In this document: one piece after another, positions 60,665 to 64,000 of the stretch | Layout of the letters: each line of letters begins with the position of its first letter | Numbering within the stretch: the first letter of the stretch is position 1 | From: Mobula hypostoma | Lineage: Eukaryota | Length of the DNA: 64,000 nt | NCBI RefSeq assembly: GCF_963921235.1 | Contig: NC_086098.1 | Coordinates: forward strand, 248,001-312,000 | Reading direction: 5' to 3' | Position numbers and translations under genes: made by a program | Notes under the pieces: generated by a model | Database searches by the model: none | Seen by the model: the letters and a program-made list of their open reading frames with translations, nothing else | What the model was told of the DNA's origin: nothing

Positions 60665-62915
60665 CATAGAAACATAGAAAACCTACAGCACAACACAGGC
60701 CCTTCGGCCCACAATGCTGTGCCGAACATGTCCTTACTTTAGAAATTACCCTGGCTTACCCATGGCACTCTATTTTTCAAAGCACCATGCACCTATCCAA
60801 GAGACTCTTAAAAGACCCTATAGTATCTGCCTCCACCACCATCACTGGCAGCTTATTCCACACACTCACCATTCACTGCATAAAAAACTTACCCCTGATA
60901 TCACCTCTGAACCTACTTCCAAGCACCTTAAAACTGTGCCCTCTCCTGTTAGCCAGTTCAGCCCTGGCGAAAAGCCTCTGAGGATAAATGCGTGGCTTAG
61001 AGATTGGAGCGGGGGCAGGAATTCAGATTACTGGATCATTGGGACCTCCTTTGGGGCTGGTGTGACCTGTACAAAAAGGACAGTTGCACTTGAATCCGAG
61101 GGGGAATAATAACCTGGCGGGGAGGTTTGCTAAGGCTATTGGGGAGAGTTTAAACTAGAAATGCTGGCGGGTGGGAACCAAACTGAAGAGACAGAGGAAG
61201 GGGCTGTTGGCTCACAAATATAGAAATATTGTAAACAGTGCAAGAGGGAGGATAGGCAGGTGATAAAGACCACAAAACCATAAGACAAAGAAGCAGAAGT
61301 AGGCCATTCGGCCCATCGAGTTATCTCTGCCATTTTATCATGAGCTGATCCATTTTCTCCTATTTAGTCCCACTCCCCTGCCATCTCACCATAACCTTGG
61401 ATGCCCTGGCTACTCAGATACCTATCAATCTCTGCCTTAAATACACCCAATGACTTGGCCTCCACTGCTGCCCGTGACAACAAATTCCATAGATTCACCA
61501 CCTTCTGACTAAAAAAATTTCTTCGCATTTCTGTTCTGAAAGGGCGCCCTTCTATCCTTAAGTCATGCCCTCTTGTACTAGACTCCCCCATCATGGGAAA
61601 CAACTTTGCCACATCCACTCTGTCCATGCCTTTTAACATTCGAAATGTTTCTATGAGGTCTCCCCTCATTCTTCTAACCTCCAAGGAATACAGTCCAAGA
61701 GCAGACAAACATTCCTCATATGTTAACCCTCTCATTCCCAGAATCATTCTAGTGAATCTTCTCTGTACCCTCTCCAACAACAGCACATCCTTTCTTAAAT
61801 AAGGAGACCAAAACTGCCCACAGTACTCCAAGTGAGGTCACACCAGCGCCTTATAGAGCCTCAACATCACATCCCTGCTCCTATACTCTATTCCTCTAGA
61901 AATGAATGCCAACCTTGCATTCGCCTTCTTCACCACCGACTCAGCCTGGAGGTTAACCTTAAGGTTATGGTTCGGCATGGCCAAGAAGGGCCAAAAGGTC
62001 TGTTTCTGTGCTGTAATGTTCTATGTTCTCTGGACCAATCAAGTGTGACAATGGAAAAGTGTGTGTGGAACCGGAGGAGATAGCAGAGGTACTTAATGAA
62101 TACTTTACTTCAGTATTCACTATGGAAAAGTATGCTGGCAATTGTAGGGATGATTAGCAGCAGACCGAAGAGCTTGAAGAAAGGAGCATGTGCTGAAGCT
62201 TTTGGAAAATATCAAGTTGGACAAGTCACCGGGACCGGATGAGATGTACCCCAGGCTACTGTGGGAGGTGAGGGAGGAGATTGCTGAGCCTCTGGCAATG
62301 ATCTTTGCATCATCAATGGGAACTGGAGAGGTTCCAGAGGATTGAAGGTTTGCAGATGTTGTTCCCTTATTCAAGAAAGGGAGTAGGGATAGTCCAGGAA
62401 ATTATAAACCAGTGAGTCTTACTTCAGTGGTTGGTAAGTTAATGGAAAAGATCTTGAGAGGCAGAATTTATGAACATTTGGAGAGGCATGATATGGTTAA
62501 CAGGGCTCAGCATGGCTTTGTCAAAGGCAGGTTGTGCCTTACAAGTCTCATTGAATTTTTTTGAGGATGTGACTAAGCATACTGATGAAGGTAAAGCATT
62601 AGTTGTAGTGTATATGGATTTCAGCAAGGCATTTGATAAGGTACCCCATGCCAGGCTTATTGAGAAAATAAGTAGTCAGGGGTTCCAAGGGGATATTGCT
62701 TTGTGGATCCAGAATTGGCTTGCCCACAGAAGGCAAAGAGTAGTTGTAGATGGGTCATATTCTGCATGGAAGTCAGTGACCAGTGGTGTGCCTCAGGAAT
62801 CTGTCTGGGACTCCTTCACTTAGTGATTTTTACAAATGACTTCTATGAAGAAGTGGAGGGATGTGTTAGGAAATTTGCTGATGACACAAAGGTTGGGGGT
62901 GTTGTGGATAGTGTG
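60665..62915. mobile_element. Patchwork of CR1 fragments: D tail (-) 60665-60980, D ORF1/ORF2 junction (+) 60981-61268, lineage G 3' end (-) 61269-61962, C-like tail (+) ~61966-62030, D RT (+) 62031-62915
   Basis: Each piece matches CR1 motifs or tails seen elsewhere in the window. Confidence 0.8.
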
Positions 62916-63240
62916 GAACACAACGTGCTTTCTGGCTGGCAGCTTCTTTCTGTTGGAACCTTGTGTCTCTTTCTTAATTGATTGCGGTACATTTATTCTG
63001 TGCATAGTCCTCATGTCAACTTCTAACACATGTTATGTTCTTTTCTTGATAAAAAAACAGCTTGGGTAAAAATGCCAGCAAATGTTTATTTACAGGACAC
63101 TCCAATAATGGCTTTGACTCGACAGGAGCGTGTGAGACCATCTCACCAACGTCACTTCTGTTTCCCAGTGAACCACCTGCATTGCACACTGGGAACTAAA
63201 GTTCTTTATTATATATGCACATAATAACACACGTACTGCG

Positions 63241-64000
63241 GCAACTCCAGTTTAAACTCTACCGTGCAGCATGAGCAAACCTTCCCACCTGGAAATTAGT
63301 CACATGTTAAATTATATAATCTTCCTTTTTCTGGCTTCACTAGCACATGGCAAGAGTGGCAATCCCAATATTACCACCCTGGAGGCCCTGCCCTTTAACT
63401 TAGGACCTAACTCCCTGAATTCCCTTTGCAGAACCTTGTCACTCTTCCTACTGATGTCATTGGTACTTACATGGACCATGGCCTTAGGCTGTTCAGCTTC
63501 CCAATTAATAAAGCTGAGGACTCAGTCCAAAATATCCTTGACCTTGGTACCCAGGAGACAGCCTGCCATCTGGGCATCTTGTTCTTACCCACAGAACCTC
63601 CTCTCCGTTTCCCTAACTAATAAATGCCCAATCACCATAGCTCTCCTCTTCTCTCCCCTTCCCTTCTGAGTCACAGAGGCAGACAGTGCCAGAGACTCAA
63701 CCGCTGCAACATTTCTCTTCCAGGTTATCGCTTCCAACAGTATCCAAAATGGTATACCTGTTGTTGACGGGGAAGGCTTTTTAACCCTTTTTCCCTTACG
63801 GACTGTCACCCAGTTTCCTGTGTCCTGCAACTTGAGTGTAACTACCTCTCTATATGTCCTATCTATCACCCCTTCAGCCTACCGAATAATCCAGAGTTCA
63901 TCCAGTTCCAGCTCCAGATAATTAACATGCACTGTTAGAAGCTGCAGCTGGATGCACTGCTTACAGGTGTAGTCATCAGGGACACTGGAGGTCTCCCTGC
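63241..64000 (-). mobile_element. CR1 lineage H ORF1 remnant; runs off the window end
   Basis: IDRTYREVVT..NWVTVRKGK..RRAMVIG..RRFCG. TTTAAAC at 63256-63250. Confidence 0.8.

Overview
This is eukaryotic, vertebrate-type DNA made almost entirely of nested transposable elements; I can support no host gene, rRNA, tRNA or CRISPR array. The repeat content suggests a cartilaginous fish, which is inference only. Most of the window is CR1-clade LINEs from several lineages, which I label A-I by ORF2 sequence and 3' tail. They have a zinc-finger/zipper plus SGNH-esterase ORF1 and an APE+RT ORF2, and are inserted into each other in both orientations. Between them are relics that can be reassembled: a Gypsy-type 3' LTR, a Ty1/Copia element split across about 19 kb, an R4/Dong-type RLE retroposon, Rex1/Babar LINEs, a Charlie-type hAT transposon, and Penelope-like repeats carrying minimal hammerhead ribozymes. 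The main observation is at the CR1 ORF1/ORF2 junction. Nine of ten junctions carry the slippery heptamer T_TTA_AAC in ORF1 frame at the end of ORF1, and ORF2 continues in the -1 frame without a conserved AUG. This is a candidate -1 programmed ribosomal frameshift in a LINE. Other notable points are pairs of LINE copies sharing RT-inactivating lesions, ORF1 module swapping between lineages, and six-level nesting. Boundaries were read by eye and may be off by a few bases.
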